Notes: generated from the letters alone by a model not told the origin. DNA of 62,375 nt, filler included, from Chiloscyllium plagiosum (GCF_004010195.1; 4 parts of one record of this genome joined end to end with filler, not necessarily neighbours in it); one strand, 5' to 3'; counted from the first letter of the whole stretch, positions 23,001 to 36,605 are shown. Numbers and translations are program-made.

Positions 23001-26000
23001 TATGGAAAGCTGTGCCCAATAATCTAAAAGGAAAAGTCTTCATGTTCATGAGAAACGTGTCATATTTTTTTCGGAATCTAAAGAGAACAAAAATGTAGAA
23101 ACTAGCATCAGGAGCAAGGAATCAAAACAGCTCGTTATGCGGTAAGGTCGTGGATGATCTGATTGTGACCACAATCACACATTCCTCATTTGCCCTTCCA
23201 AGGTTAGTGCGTCATTCTTAGTCAATAATCTGCCTGCCTCTGCCTTAGGAATATTCAATGTCTTATTCTCCAATACTATCTGGGAAGAGAATTCTACAAA
23301 GACACAACACAATGAGATGATTACACCAAATCACCAACTTCTTAACAGAGACATTCTTCAGTTTTATAATCCATCCAATCATTGCAATTTCTCGTACAAG
23401 CTGAAACATTGTTTCAGAATTCAATTTGAAAGATTACTTGGAATATTCTGGGGTTCAACAAGATCACATGTTGTTCGCCTAAAGCCCAGCAGATCCAGGG
23501 CCATCAATTCAAGATTTCCTCCAGAAATATATGCAGCTGAGTGAATCTTCTATGGATTGCATTTCATATCATTGTGGCCATCACTCTCTCGATGTGCTTA
23601 CACCATAACCTTGTAGATCTGTAGAAAATCGCCCCTACTTTTAAATGTATTCTGTTTCAGAAAGTTTCAACATTTATCTTAACTCCCTAAAAGTTTGATG
23701 TACACGTAAAGTTTTTATTTTGCAACCCAGGTGCCTGGTTCCTCTGTGCCTAAAGCCAATCTCTCCACTGAAATAATACATTACGTTTCCATTCATCCCG
23801 CCAATATCTTTGAGCGCAGACACATTTTTCCTACTATGTTCCACACACCAATATTTGCCTGTTCACTTGGCCCAACCTATATCTCTTTATAGACTCATGT
23901 CATCTTCATATCTTCTTTCTCCAACAGTTTCAACATTTTGTATTCTTCCCTAATACAGTCAGAATATTTGGCCAAAGAAACACCTGTAATTTAAAATGAA
24001 ATATTTTTACTCCATGTCTAAACTATAAATTTAAGATAAAGCTAAAGTGTGTTGCAGTCCTATCACTCAGTTACCATTACTCAATGTAGGGTCAGATGGT
24101 GTGGAATGTGTGTGGGTAGAATTGAGGAACAACAAAGGTGTAAAACCATAGTTGGAGTAATGTACAGGCCATTGAATCGTAGTCAGGAGCTGGAGCAAAT
24201 TTTAGACCAGGAGATAGAAAATATATGTAGGAAAGGCAAAGTTACAGTGAGTGGGGGCGATTTCAATATGCAGGTGGATTGGGAAAATCAGACTGGTAGT
24301 CGTTTCCAAGGAAAGTAATTTGTGGAATGTCTACAAGATGGCTTTTTGGAGCAGCTTATGTGTAAGCAACAAGGGAACGGGCAATATTGGATTTAGTGTT
24401 GTGCAGTGAGTCAGATGTGAGAAGAAAGCTTAAGGTGAAGGAACCCTTCGGAGGCATTGATCATAATATGATTGAAGCAAAATTTCAATTTGAGAGGGAG
24501 AAAATAGAATCGGAGTTAATATTACAGCTGAATAAAGGCATCTACAAAGACATGAGGGAGGAGCTGGGTAGACTTGACTGGGAGAGGAGCCGAGCAGGAA
24601 AGACAATGGAAGAGTAATGGCGGGAGTTTCTCGGAGCAATTTAGGAGTCACAGCAGAGATTCATCCCGAGGTAATAGAAGCATTGTACAGGGAGGATGAG
24701 GCATCCATAGATGACTGGGGTATGCATGGCTAGTGTAAAAGAAAAAGAGAAAGCAAATAACATGGCAAATGGCAATGGGAAACCAGAGGATTGGGAAGCT
24801 TACAAAGAGGAACAGAGGGCAACAAAATAAGAAATAAGGAGGCGGAAGCTTAAATATGAAGTTAAGCCATCCAGTGATAGAAAGGATGACCGTAAGAGTC
24901 TCTTTAGATATGTTAAGGGCAAAAACGGGAAGCAGAAGTGGATATTGAGGCACTGGAAAATGACGCTGGAGTGATAGCAGCGTGGAACAAATAATAGATG
25001 AGAAACTGAATAATTATTTCAAATCAGATTTCACAGCGGAAGACATGAATAATATCCGAAAAATCCAAGAGAGTGAGGAGGCAGAGCTGATTAGTAGAAG
25101 TTGCTCGAAAAACTAAATGGATAAATAAGTTGGATGGAGACATTAATGGTCATCTTCCAGAAATTTTTGGAATCAGGGAGGGTCTCAGAAGACGAGAAAA
25201 TTACGAACGTGACAACCTGTTTGTTTTTAATAAAAATAAGATTTTTGAATTTTTTTTAAACAAAATTACAAAAATAGTACAAACTAGTGTATTCTGCTTT
25301 ACAATATAATAACAACCCCAATATAGAATTTAAAAACAAACTACTAATCTATTCTCCAAACTAGCAAACCATGAAATAGAATATCCTACATTACTAAAAC
25401 TAAACAAAAGGAGAAAAGAAAATAAATAAGTAAATAAGAAACTAGATACATATTTTTTAAAAATTATATTAAGTCATAACAGAACCCGTATTGTTACAGG
25501 ATTCCTCCTCTGGGGCCCCAGAACCAGCCAGAACCATTCCCATGGCTAAGCAAAGGCCCTGAACTATGTGACTGATATATCTGTGTCAATGTAGTTCAAA
25601 AGGGTTTGCCATGTTCTATAAAATAATTCCGCCTTTTGGTTCACCATATTCGTAAGGAAGTCAAGGGGGATATATTCCATGACTATCCTGTGCCAATTTG
25701 AAAGTTCTGAGGGACCTTCGGATATCCAGTTCACTAAAATGCTTTTCCCCGAAACCAAAGAAAAGGATAATTAATAATTTCCTCCCGTATACATCCAAAG
25801 AAGGGAAATTTGGGGATCCCAAAAGTAGAGGCACTTGGTCCCATCCAATCTCCGTACCCAAAATCTTTGCCAAGGCATTCGCTACTCTGTCTGAATACAT
25901 GCGGATCTTACGGCATGTCTGCAGACAATGAGTGAGAGTACTAGCTTCTGTTTTGCATGTAGGACACATTGGAGATGCTCCCTTCTTGAACTTTGCAAGT

Positions 26001-29000
26001 CACTCAGGTGCCATGTGAGCCCAATGAAGTATCTTGAATTGGATAGCCTGAGTTCTGTTACAGATCAAGATTTTCCTAACATTTTCCCAGACGTCCTCCC
26101 ACATCTCTAAGGAGATTTCCATCCCCAATTCTTGACTCGAGGTTTTATATAACCGTTCCATGTCCTTTGATACCTTATTAAATAGTTTGTAGTCGAGAGT
26201 ACTGACCACGGGCAGACCCATCAGCCGAAGCACTCTCCTTTCCCTATCCGATTTATAAAGATCAATTATCAACATGGTCTTCTTATCTATAAAGTCTCCT
26301 ATTTGAAAATATCGAAAAAGATTTTTGCTATGCAGCCCAAACTTCTGACGCAGCTGTTTGAAGGACATCATGACCTCCCCATCGAACAGGTCTCCCAAAC
26401 AGGAGATACCTCTGGACTCCCAGGTTCTGAATACAGCATCACTCATCCCTGGCTGGAATCCCAACATTCCCACTATAGGGGTATAAGGGAGGTATTTTTG
26501 TAGGTTACCCTCATCCTCTCGCATTATCGTCCAGGCTTTAATTGTATGTAATACAATAGGATTTTTACAATGATCCGTAATAACTCTCACCTTGTCCATA
26601 AATAGTAGATTGATGAGGGGATATTTTCCTTGGGAGGCCTCAGTATCTAACCAGATTGATTGTGGGTCACAAGAGACCCAATCAGCTACGTAGGATAATA
26701 GAGAGCTCAATTGGTACCTCCTGAATTCTGGAAAATCCAGCCCACCCCTTACTTGTGGAAGCTGTAGCTTTTCTAATTTAATAAGGGGCCTTATATGATT
26801 CCAAATAAAGGAGCCGAGCCAACGATAAAGCTTACACAACGCCTGTCTCGGCAGCATCAAGGGGAGCATTCTCATAGCGTATAAAAGGCCAGGTAGGATA
26901 TTCATGTTGAACAAAGCTATTCTACCTAGCCAGGATATCGGGCGATCTTCCCAGTATTGAAGGTGTTATCATAATTTCTCCAATAAATGTGTATTATTGA
27001 CTTTATATAGCTGACCAAATGCCGGAGTATTAAAAATACCTAAGTAAAGAAACACTCCCAGTGACCACCGAAAGGCAAACGGGATTCATCCGGAAAATTG
27101 GATATATTGGCAAGACCTCCCAGCGGCATGGCCTCTGATTTCACAAGTTGATTTTATAACCTGAGAACATGCCAAATAATTTAACCACTTGAATTAAGCG
27201 GGGCACAGATGTCAATGGATCATTTAAGAAAAGGAGGACATCAACTGCATAGAGAGTAATTTTGTGCTTACCCGATCCAACCTCCGGAGCCATTATATTA
27301 AGGTCAGCTCGTACAGATTCCACCAACGGCTCAATCATTAGCGTAAATAATAATGGTGTGAGAGGGCATTCCTGACGACAGCCTCTGCCCATGCGAAAGC
27401 TATCTGAACTTAAACTGTTGGTGATCACAGCTGCTTTGGGGTCATTATATAATACTGTAACCCATTTAGTAAATACCTCTCCAACACCAAACCGTTCCAG
27501 CATATAAATGAAATATGGCTATTCTACCCGATCGAATGCCTTCTCTGCCTGTAGGGAGACAACTACTCCCGGTATCGTTCCCTGCTGGCAGGCTTGTACC
27601 ATATTTAAGACTCTTCTAATATTATTAGTTGATCTGCTAACCTTTATAACCCCCATCTGGCCTTCTTTAATAATGAATGTCAAAACCCTCTCCAGTCTTA
27701 ATGACAACACTTTTGAGAGAATTTTAAAAACCACATTCAACAAGGATATCAGTCTATATGAAGAGCAGTCATCTGTGGCCTTTTCCTTGTTAAGAATGAG
27801 ACAAATATTTGCTTCTCTCAGAGAAGGCAAGGGGAAGCCCTAACTATGTGAATAATTATACATATTTATAAGTGACCCGACTAATTCCCCAATCAATTCT
27901 TTATAGAACTCAGCCTGGAATCCATCTGGTCCGGGCGTTTTACCACTCTGGAGCTGCCTCACTACTTCCTGTATTTCCTGGATTGCTAGGGGGGCATTCA
28001 AGAACAACACCTGCTACCAGGTTAGGCCCGGGAGGGCAAGATCTTTTCTAAAATAAAGACTCTATCTTCCTTGTTCTATCCTCACAGCCCTGTGACCTAT
28101 ACAATTCAAAATAGAACTTTCTAGAGGCTGCATTGATCTTTTTACGATCACAAGTCAGGGCATCAGCACCCTTTCCAAAGACGTAATGTCTTGGGGAACA
28201 TTTTTCTTTCTGGCAAGGTATGCTAGATACCTGCCAGGCTTGTCACCATCTTCAAATAATCTCTGCTTCCCAAGTACTAGCTCCCTCTTTGCTTTTTGAG
28301 TAAGTGTGGGATTCAAATTTGCTCTAAAGGCTGTGATCCGTTGTAGTTTAATAATGGAGGGTCTATCCCCATACGCTGTTTCAGCCGCCTTCAGGCGAGT
28401 CTCGAGCAGACCCTGTTGTTCTCTCTATTGTCTTTTCCGTGTCACAGAATATGAGATAACCAAGCCTCACACATAGGCCTTACCAATCTCCCACATCACC
28501 GAAGGGTTACTGGCCGTATTGGATTTGATATCCCAAAAGGTTTTAATTTCCTGCCAGAAATATTTTATGAACTTACTATCCTTCAATAGGAAAGGTCCAT
28601 ACGCCAATGTCGGGAAGCTATCTCAACATCACTAGTCTTAACCTCCATATATACTGCGTCATGGTCGGAAATAGTTATATTGCCTACTTTACAAAACAAT
28701 ATTGAGTCCAAAAGTGTCGAGGGGACAGATGCATATCGCTTCTGGTATGGCACTTGTGTAGGTCAGAATAAAAAGTAAAGTCTCTAGCCTCCGGGTGAAG
28801 ATATGTCCACACATCCACCAGCCCCAACTCCCTACTCAGATCCGCCTGAGTAAACTGTCTACATCTTAAAAATATGCCCACAGAGCTCTTAGGTATTCTG
28901 GCCACTCCTGGGTCGATGATACACTTATAATTCCCCCCACCTATAATTGTGTGGTGCACCCCGAGAGCCATCAACTTGGAGAACGCTTCCATCACAAGTT

Positions 29001-29945
29001 TAAAAGTGTGCACCAGGGGGCAATAAAGATTCAAAGTCCCATATTCCACTCCATATATTAGGGTTTTAATCATTATATACCATCCAGGCTCATCTTTTAT
29101 TGGCTTAGCATTTGGAAAGGAAGATTCATCTGAATAAGAATGGTTACGCCCCTACGTTTTGAGCTCAAAGATGAAAAGAACACTTGGCCAAATCCACCCT
29201 ATTTCAGCCTCGAATGCTCCTTATCAAGTAAATGTGTCTCCTGTAGAAAGGCTGCATCTACCCTTTATTTTTGAAGACTTGATAATATATTTTTCCTTTT
29301 GATTGGTGAGTGGCTCTCTTGACATTCCCGGTGCACCACCTCAACGAATGGCTAGCCATGATCGTCCAAGCAAGCCCGAGACCCCCCAGGAGGGAGAACC
29401 CCACCCAAAAGATATTGGATAAAAAACAAAAATGATTCACACGTAAAAATACTTTAAACAGCGAAATCAAAACAACTGAGAACTATTCCTAAAAACAAAT
29501 ACCTTAAAACATATTTAAAAGGAGATTTTCCCCCTTTTTCACAAGCAGCACTACTAGCTTCCAATAATCCCGCCATAACATCTCCCAGCCAGAACCATGC
29601 CCTCGGCCCAGGCATTACAAAATAGAGTAAATAAATTCCAATATCTTATAAGACAGAGGTTAAAAGGGTCTTCGCCTCATCAAATGCCTTCCTCTTTCAG
29701 ACCACGTTATCCTGGACCCCTTGTATATCATGACATGGGGATCCTTCCCCAACACTCTGGAGGACACTCGCAGCATCTGTTTTTCCCTGTAATGTTGAAG
29801 TTGAACTAGGACTGGGCGGGGGCGCTGGTCCGACCCGGGCAGGTGCACAGCAACTCGTTGGTCCCGTTCAACTCGCACCCGGCCCAGCTCCGACTCCAGT
29901 TTCAGCAGTTGTGGGAGCCATTGCTTTAGGAAAGCAAAACGCAAC
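19401..29945 (+). repeat. Segmental duplication unit, copy 2
   Basis: Colinear with 2635-17634. The equivalent of ~5000-10224 is replaced by the 100-bp artificial gap at 22669-22768. Confidence 0.95.
22669..22768. other. Artificial scaffold join (N44-TTAATTAATTAA-N44)
   Basis: The same 100-bp construct occurs at 44887-44986 and 58183-58282. The linker gives stops in all frames. Confidence 0.95.
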
Positions 29946-30018
29946 ACTACTTTGCCTGAGTCTTGGGCAGAGCTGTGCATACTCATGCCTACTGGGTCGC
30001 CACCATCTTGACTCTCTC
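25223..30018 (-). mobile_element. L1/Tx1-clade LINE, copy 2, with both ends and a TSD
   Basis: TSD TGACAACCTGTTT (25210-25222) / TGACACCCTGCTT (30019-30031) at a TT|AAAA site. 304-aa ORF2 piece at 26000..26914. ORF2 start MASHSLRWCTGNVK at ~29360. ORF1 remnant at 29660..29945. Confidence 0.95.
29996..30012 (-). promoter_or_regulatory. YY1-like motif at the L1 5' terminus
   Basis: The minus strand reads GTCAAGATGGTGGCGAC within ~10 nt of the 5' TSD. CAAGATGGC is the known L1 5' YY1 element. Confidence 0.6.
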
Positions 30019-30799
30019 TGACACCCTGCTTAAAAAGGGGAATAAGGCCAAAGGCAAAAAATTATAAACTGATTAGCCTCACTCTGGTCGTGGGTAAGTT
30101 CCTGGAACCCATTGTGAAGGATGAGATATCTGAATAATTGCCAATGCATGGTAAAGTAGGGCGAAGTCAGTATGGTTTCATCAAGGAGAGGTCATGCTAA
30201 TGAATCTGTTAGAATTGTTTGAGGATGTAACAAGCAGGTTAGACCAAGGAGAGCTAATGGATGTTATTTATCTGCACTTCAAGAAAGACGTTGACAAGGT
30301 GCCTCACAGGTGGATGCTGAGTAAGATAAGGGCCCATAGTGTCAGGAACAAGATACTAGTGTGTATTGAAGTTTGACTGTCTGGCAGAAAGTAGAGAGTG
30401 GGAGTAAAAGGGTCTTTCACTGGATAGCAGCCGATGACAACTGGTGTTCCGCAAGGGAACCACAACTTTTTACTTTGTACATTAACAATCTAGATGAAGG
30501 AACTGAGGGCACTCCGGCGAGACTTTTAGATGATGCAAAGGTAGGTCGTGGGACAGGTATCATTGAGGAGGCAGGGAGGCTGCAGAAAGATGTAAACAGG
30601 GTAGTAGAGTGGGCAAAGAAGTGGCAGATGGAGTACAACCTGAGAAAGTGCGCGGTGATGCACTTTAATAGGAAGAGAAGCATGGACTATTTTATACCTG
30701 GGGAGAAAATTCAGAAGTATGAAGTACAAAGACTGTTGTGAGTTCCAGTCCAGGATTGTCTCAAGGTAATTGTGCAAGTTGAGTCAGTAGTTAGGTAGG

Positions 30800-31504
30800 T
30801 GGTGTATCTGTGAAGGTGTTACATCCGCACAATGTGTTTGAAATCTTATATTCATCAAAAGAACTGAGTCAACTCTTATAAACAATAATATTTGTTTATT
30901 GAACGCAATTAATATTAGAACAATAATACGTATTATAACATAATGTAAAATAGTACAAATTATCTTATGGCTTAACTTAACGTTGGATGGTCACATACCA
31001 CCCCATTAGATGTTGACTGGATTCCACGTGGTGAAGTCTTCTTATTCTTCTGATACTCTTGGAGGTGTCATCTTTTTCAGTGGTTATTCTTGAGTTACCA
31101 CTCTCTGAGGGGTTTTATGGTGATTCTTATCCTTCCAAGTCTCCGCGGCTTTTGGGAGGGTGTGGAGGATCTGCCAATGGAATGATCAGGTTCATTTACC
31201 CTGATCAATTAGACTCAACCAGGTGTTGTCACATTGATGGCCCAAGGGTGACATTCCGCTGTCCCATTCAGGTCCAACTTCAGGTATGTATTACATGGTC
31301 TGTTGCTTCAGGTTTCTTTGCAACCATCTGTGGATAGCTGCAGCCTGTCTGGATTCTGCAGCATGTGGATGAGCACAGAGACTTTGGTCAAGGTTGGGTT
31401 CTACTTCCCAGCATGCTTTAATCATTGTTCATTTTTGTAACTCCATGGTAAATTTATTATTGTCCATCGTAAGATTATTATTTCAGGTGGTCAATCTGGT
31501 CAGA
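30800..31504. mobile_element. Solo LTR-like insertion (paralog of 1125-1815)
   Basis: TAGG|TGGTG...TCAGA|AAGG flanks. Confidence 0.75.
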
Positions 31505-31924
31505 AAGGCAAATATAGTGATGGCATTTATTTTGAGAAGACTTGAATATTACAGCAACGATGGATTTCTGAGGCTCTATAAGATTCTGGTCAGACCATAT
31601 TTGGTATACTGTGTACCGTTTTCGGCCCCATAACTCAGGAAGGATGTACCGCCCCGGAGCATGTTAAAAGGGCTTCATAAGAATGGTCCTCAGAATGAAA
31701 AGCTTAACATATGAGATCACTGGATCTATACTCGCTGGTGTTTATAAGGATGAAGGTGGATCTAATTGAAGCATAAAGAATACTGGTTGCTCGGTCAGAG
31801 TAGATGTTGGGAAGATGCTTCCACTGTTAGGAGAGAAAGGACTCAAGGACATAGCCTGAGAGTCAAGAGAAAATGTTTAGAACGGAGGTAAGGAGAAACG
31901 TCTTCAGCCTGAGAGTGGTGAATC

Positions 31925-32140
31925 TATGGTAGAATGGGAGTTTCATTCCCTAAAGGACATTCGTGAACCAAGTGAGTTTTTCTTGGCAATCGATTCATAA
32001 CCACCATCAGTCTCTGAATTCCAGATTTGAATTTAAGTTTCGCCACTTGCTGTGGCAGGACTTGAACCCAGGTCACTCGAACATGATTTGGGTTTATCAC
32101 ATCAGAATTCAGTGATAACACCAAGAGGCCACTGACTTGC
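31925..32140 (-). mobile_element. Deu/SacSINE1-like SINE fragment (paralog of 490-705)
   Basis: Reverse complement of 490-705. Confidence 0.6.
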
Positions 32141-32520
32141 CCAATCCTCCACAGTGTGACTAACATGTGTAGTATGATATGCCCTGGGATTTGCCTTCTT
32201 GTTATCCTTGATTTCCTTATCAAGATATGGATGATTTTTCTCTTAATGAGAGTCCTCTTAGGTCTTTAGTATCTCCCTAACTGTTTGTCAAATCTCTTCA
32301 GCTGTCCTGCCTTTGACTGTTCTTTTCTCTCCCCAGACCACCACAGCCAAATCCATCCTTAGGCCAGTATAATTATCATTGCCTAACACTAAAACTCTCA
32401 TGTATGACTCAGTCTTCACTCTTTCAATCTGAACGTGAAACTCCAGCATGTTGTGGTTATTCCAAGGCAAAGCTCATCCACCAATCCTTCCTTGTTACAT
32501 AATATCAAATCTCAATTTGA

Positions 32521-32800
32521 TTAGATGCCCTACAGTATGGAAACAGGTCCTTTGGCCCAACAAGTCCACACCGACCCTCCGAAGAGTAACCCACCCAGTC
32601 CCATTTCCCTCTGCGTAATGTACCTAACTCTATGAGCAATTTAGCATGGCCAATTCAACTAACCTGCACATCTTTGGACTGTGGGAGGAAACCCACGCAG
32701 ACAGGGGGAGAATGTGCAAACTACACGCAGACAGTCCCCTGAGGCTGGAATCAAACCTGGGACCCTGTGCTGTGCTAACCACTAAGCCACCATGCTGCGC
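32521..32800 (-). mobile_element. HE1-like SINE
   Basis: Antisense A box (ACCACTAAGCCACC), B box (GGAATCAAACC) and body CAATTTAGCATGGCCAATTC. Confidence 0.9.
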
Positions 32801-33159
32801 CATTCTCTGGTTGTTTCTATGACGTCCTGCTCTCAGAAATAATCTCTCATACACTCTATGAATCTTTATTCAAGGATATCACTGTCAAGTTGATTAAATG
32901 AGCCAATTTGCATGTTCAAACCACCCATAGTTACTGTTGTGCCCTGGTTACAAACCCTCACTCGTTTCTATCTCAGAAGTACTTTGGGGGGACAGTGGCT
33001 GAAAATTACTCTTCCCAAGAGGTTTCTTCTCTTGCTTTTTATTTGCACTGAGACCTATTTCAAATTTGGCACAAAACACTTTGAAAAGGTCTGAGTTCTC
33101 ACTCACATAAACAAATGTTTATTTTCTTTTCACTAGCTACATTTCACAGTAAATATCGA

Positions 33160-34937
33160 CGATTTAAGAGGGCTAAAAGTCGTCATGAGATATCGATAGC
33201 AAACAGGTTTGAGGAAAATCCCAAAGACTTATTTTCATATATAAGGAGCAAGAGGGTAACTAGAGAAATGTTTGGCCCACACAAGGACAAAGGAAGAAAG
33301 TTATGCATGGAGTCAGAGGCAATGGGTGAGATTCTTAGCGAGTACTTTGCATCTGTATTCACCAAGGAGAGGGACATAACGGATGTTGAGGTTAGGGATA
33401 GATGTCTGAGTACTCTGGGTCAAGTCGACATAAAGAGGGAGGAAGTTTTGGAGACACTGAAAGGTATTAAGGTAGACAAGCCCCCAAGTCCGGATGGGAT
33501 CAACCACAGGTTACTGAGAGATGCGAGTGTGGAAATAACTGGGGCTTTAACATATATCTTTGCAGGATGTTTGAACATGGGTGAGGTCCCAGAGGACTGG
33601 AGAATTGCTAATGTTGTCCACTTGTTTAAGAAGGATAGCGGGGATAATCCAGGTAATTGTAGACGGGCGAGCCTGACATCAGTGGTAGGGAAGCTGCTGG
33701 AGAAGATACTGAGGGACTTGAGTAAGGCGTTTTATTAGGTTCCCCATGGTCGGCTGATGGAGAAGGTGAAGTCGCATGGGGTCCAGCTGTTCTACCTAGA
33801 TGGATAGAGAACTGGCTGGGCAACAGGAGACAGAGTAATAGTGGAAGGGGATTTCTCAAAATGGTGACCGATGACCAGTGGTGTGTAACAGTGATCTGTG
33901 CTGGGACCACTGTTGTTTGTGATATATATATCAATGATTTGGAAGAAGGCGTCAGTTGCCTGATTATCAATGGTGCAGATGACACCAAGATTGTTGGAGT
34001 AGCAGATAGTGATGGGGACTGTCAGAGAATACAGCAGAATATAGATAGATTGGAGAGATGGGCACAGAAATGACAGATGGAGTTCAATCTGTGCAAATGC
34101 GAGGTGATGCATTTTGAAAGATCCAGTTCAAGAGTGAACAATACAGTAAACGGAAAAGTCCTGGGGAAAATTGACTTACAGCGAGATCTGGGTGTTCGGG
34201 TCCATTGTTTTCTGAAGATGCCAACACAGGTCAGTAAAGTGGTCAAGTTGGCATATGGCATGCTTTCCTTCATTGGATTAGGAGTTGAGTACAAGCGCTG
34301 GCAGGTCATGTTACAGTTGCATAGGACTTTTGTTTGGCCGCATTTGGAATACTGCGTATAGTTCTGGTCACCAGTTAACAAAACGATGTGGATGCTTTGA
34401 ATAGGGTACAGAGTAGGTTCACCAGGATGCTGCCTGTGTTGGACGGTGCTGCTTATGAAGAAATATTGAATAGATTAGGACTAATTTCATTACAAATACG
34501 AAGGTTGCTTTTCCAGCAACACATTTTTAAGCTCTGATCACCAGCATCTGCAGTCCTCACTTTCTCCTAGTCTACAAAATCAAGACAGATATACACAGGG
34601 CCGATAGCAAGAAGCTTTTTCCCCAGATTGTGGAACTCAATTACCCGGGGTCATGAGTTTAAAGTGAGAGGGGAAAGGTTTAGGGCAGATATATGTGGGA
34701 AGTATTTTACACATAGGGCTGTGGCAGCCTGGAACGTGTGGCCAGCAGAGGTGGTAGAAGCAGGAACGATAGCGTTATCTAAAATGTATTTAGACAGAAA
34801 CATGAATGGGCAGGGAGCAGAGGGGTACAGACCCTTAGAAAATAGGTGGCAAGGTTAGAAAATAGGAGGATCTGAATCAGGATAAGCTAGGAGGGCCGAA
34901 GGGTCTGTTCCTGTGCTGGAATGTTCTTTGTTCTTTA
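33160..34937 (+). mobile_element. CR1 LINE ORF2 (RT) with internal deletions and 3' tail
   Basis: YFASVFTKE, KPPSPDGI, PEDWRIANVVHLFKK, YINDLEEG..ADDTK, RPHLEYC-like motif. Penelope fragment at ~34507-34570. Confidence 0.92.
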
Positions 34938-35054
34938 TCATTCATTCTAAAAATAGCAAGTTTTCAACTTATTGTATGCTACACTTTAATAATATAAACA
35001 ATTTATTTATTTGATAATGCATGTCAAATTATTGTCATTTCGAAATTACAGTCA

Positions 35055-36605
35055 CAGGGTCAAAGAGATGTACAGCATGAAACAGACACTTCGGTCCAAC
35101 TTGTCCATGCCGACCAGATATTCCAACCCAATCTAGTCCCACCTGCCAGCACTCAGCCCATATCATTCTAAACGCTTTCTATACCCATCCAGACGCCATC
35201 TAAATGTTGCAATTGTACTAATCCCCACCACTTCCTCTGGCAGCTCATTCCATACACGTACAACCCTTTGAGTGAAAAAGTTGCTCCTTACATCACTTCT
35301 ACATTTTTCCCTTCCCAACTGAAACCTATGCCCTCTAGTTCTGGACTCCACCACGCCAGGGAAAATACCTTGTCTATTTACCCTATCCATGCCCCTCATG
35401 ATTTTATAAACCTCTATATGATCAACCCTCAGTTTCCAACGTTCCAGGGAAAACAGCCCCAGCTTGTTTAACCTCCAGCTATAGCTCAAACCCTTCAACC
35501 TTGGCAACATGCATATAAATCTTTTCTGAACCCTTTCAAGTTTCACATGATCTATCAGGCCCGAGGGGTTTTTCCACCTTTATGCATTCCAAGACATCCA
35601 GCACTTCTTCCTTTGTAATATGGACATTTTTCAAGATGTCACCATCTATTTCTCCATATATCTACATCTCCCATGTCCTTCTCCTGAGTAAACCCTGATA
35701 CAAAATACTCATTTAGTATCTCTCCCATCTCCTGTGGGCGGCACGGTGGCACAGTGGGCGGCACGGTGGCACAGTGGTTAGCACTGCTGCCTCGCAGCGC
35801 CAGAGATCCGGGTTCAATTCCCGCCTCAGGCGACTGACTGTGTGGAGTTTGCACATTCTCCCCGTGTCTGCGTGGGTTTCCTCCGGGTGCTCCGGTTTCC
35901 TCCCACAGGCCAAAGATGTGCAGGTCAGGTGAATTGGCCATGCTAAATTGCCCATAGTGTTAGGTAAGGGGTAAATGTAGGGGTATGGGTGGTTTGCGCT
36001 TCGGCGGGGCGGTGTGGACTTGTTGGGCCGAAGGGCCTGTTTCCACACTGTAAAGTAATCTAATCTAAAAATCTAATCTAATCCACACAAAGGCACCTTG
36101 CTGATCTTTGAGGATTCTATTTTCTCCCTATTTACCCTTTTGTTCTCAATGTATTTGTAAAACTTTTTTGAATTCTACTTAACTCTATTTGCCAAAGTTA
36201 ACTCATGTCCCCTTTTTGCCTTCCTGATTTCCCTATTTAGTATACTCCTGCTGCTTTTATACTCTTCTAAGAATTCGCTCTATCTATCCTGCCTGTACCT
36301 GTCATATCCTTCCTTCTTATTCTTAACCATAACCTCAATTTCTTTAGACATTCAGCACTCTCTATTCCTACCAGCCTTTCCTTACACCCTAACAAGAATA
36401 TACTGTCTCTGGACTCCAGCTATCTAATTTCTGAAGGCTTCCAATTTTCTAGCCATCCGCTTACCTGTGAACATTTGCCGCCATCAACTTTTGAAAGATC
36501 TTCCCTCATACCGTCAAAATTGGCCTTTCTCCAATTTAGAACTTCAACGTTTAGACCTCGTCTATCCTTTGCTCTCATTATTTTAAAACTAACAGAATTG
36601 TTGGC
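35055..36605 (-). mobile_element. CR1 LINE fragments (3' end plus linker), interrupted by a SINE
   Basis: ORF 35163..35546(-) reads LERVQKRF...LGLFSLER...NFFTQRVVRVWNELP. LNWRKANFDGMREDL at ~36500. Confidence 0.88.
35734..36080 (+). mobile_element. Full-length HE1-like tRNA-derived SINE with a duplicated 5' end
   Basis: GGCACGGTGGCACAGTGG (A box) occurs twice. B box GGTTCAATTCC. (TAATC)n tail. Confidence 0.92.

Larger units (their letters stand above)
24085..31925 (+). mobile_element. CR1 LINE ORF2 host element, split by L1 (25223-30018) and a solo LTR (30800-31504)
   Basis: Endonuclease motifs before the L1. The RT resumes at 30019 (NLLELFEDVTSRLDQG, DKVPH, LYINNLDEG, WAKKWQMEYN, RLYKILVRPYL). 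Confidence 0.9.

Noticed and set aside
26000..26914. 304-aa ORF as a host gene
   Set aside because: It is the post-RT part of a disrupted L1 ORF2, and the paralog is frameshifted.
32907..32914. Octamer ATTTGCAT (Ig-promoter-like)
   Set aside because: An isolated 8-mer is expected by chance in 62 kb, and no leader or V exon follows.
35740..35830. tRNA-like A/B boxes (also at 50545, 60029, 32740)
   Set aside because: These are SINE heads followed by a SINE body and tail, not cloverleaf tRNA genes.
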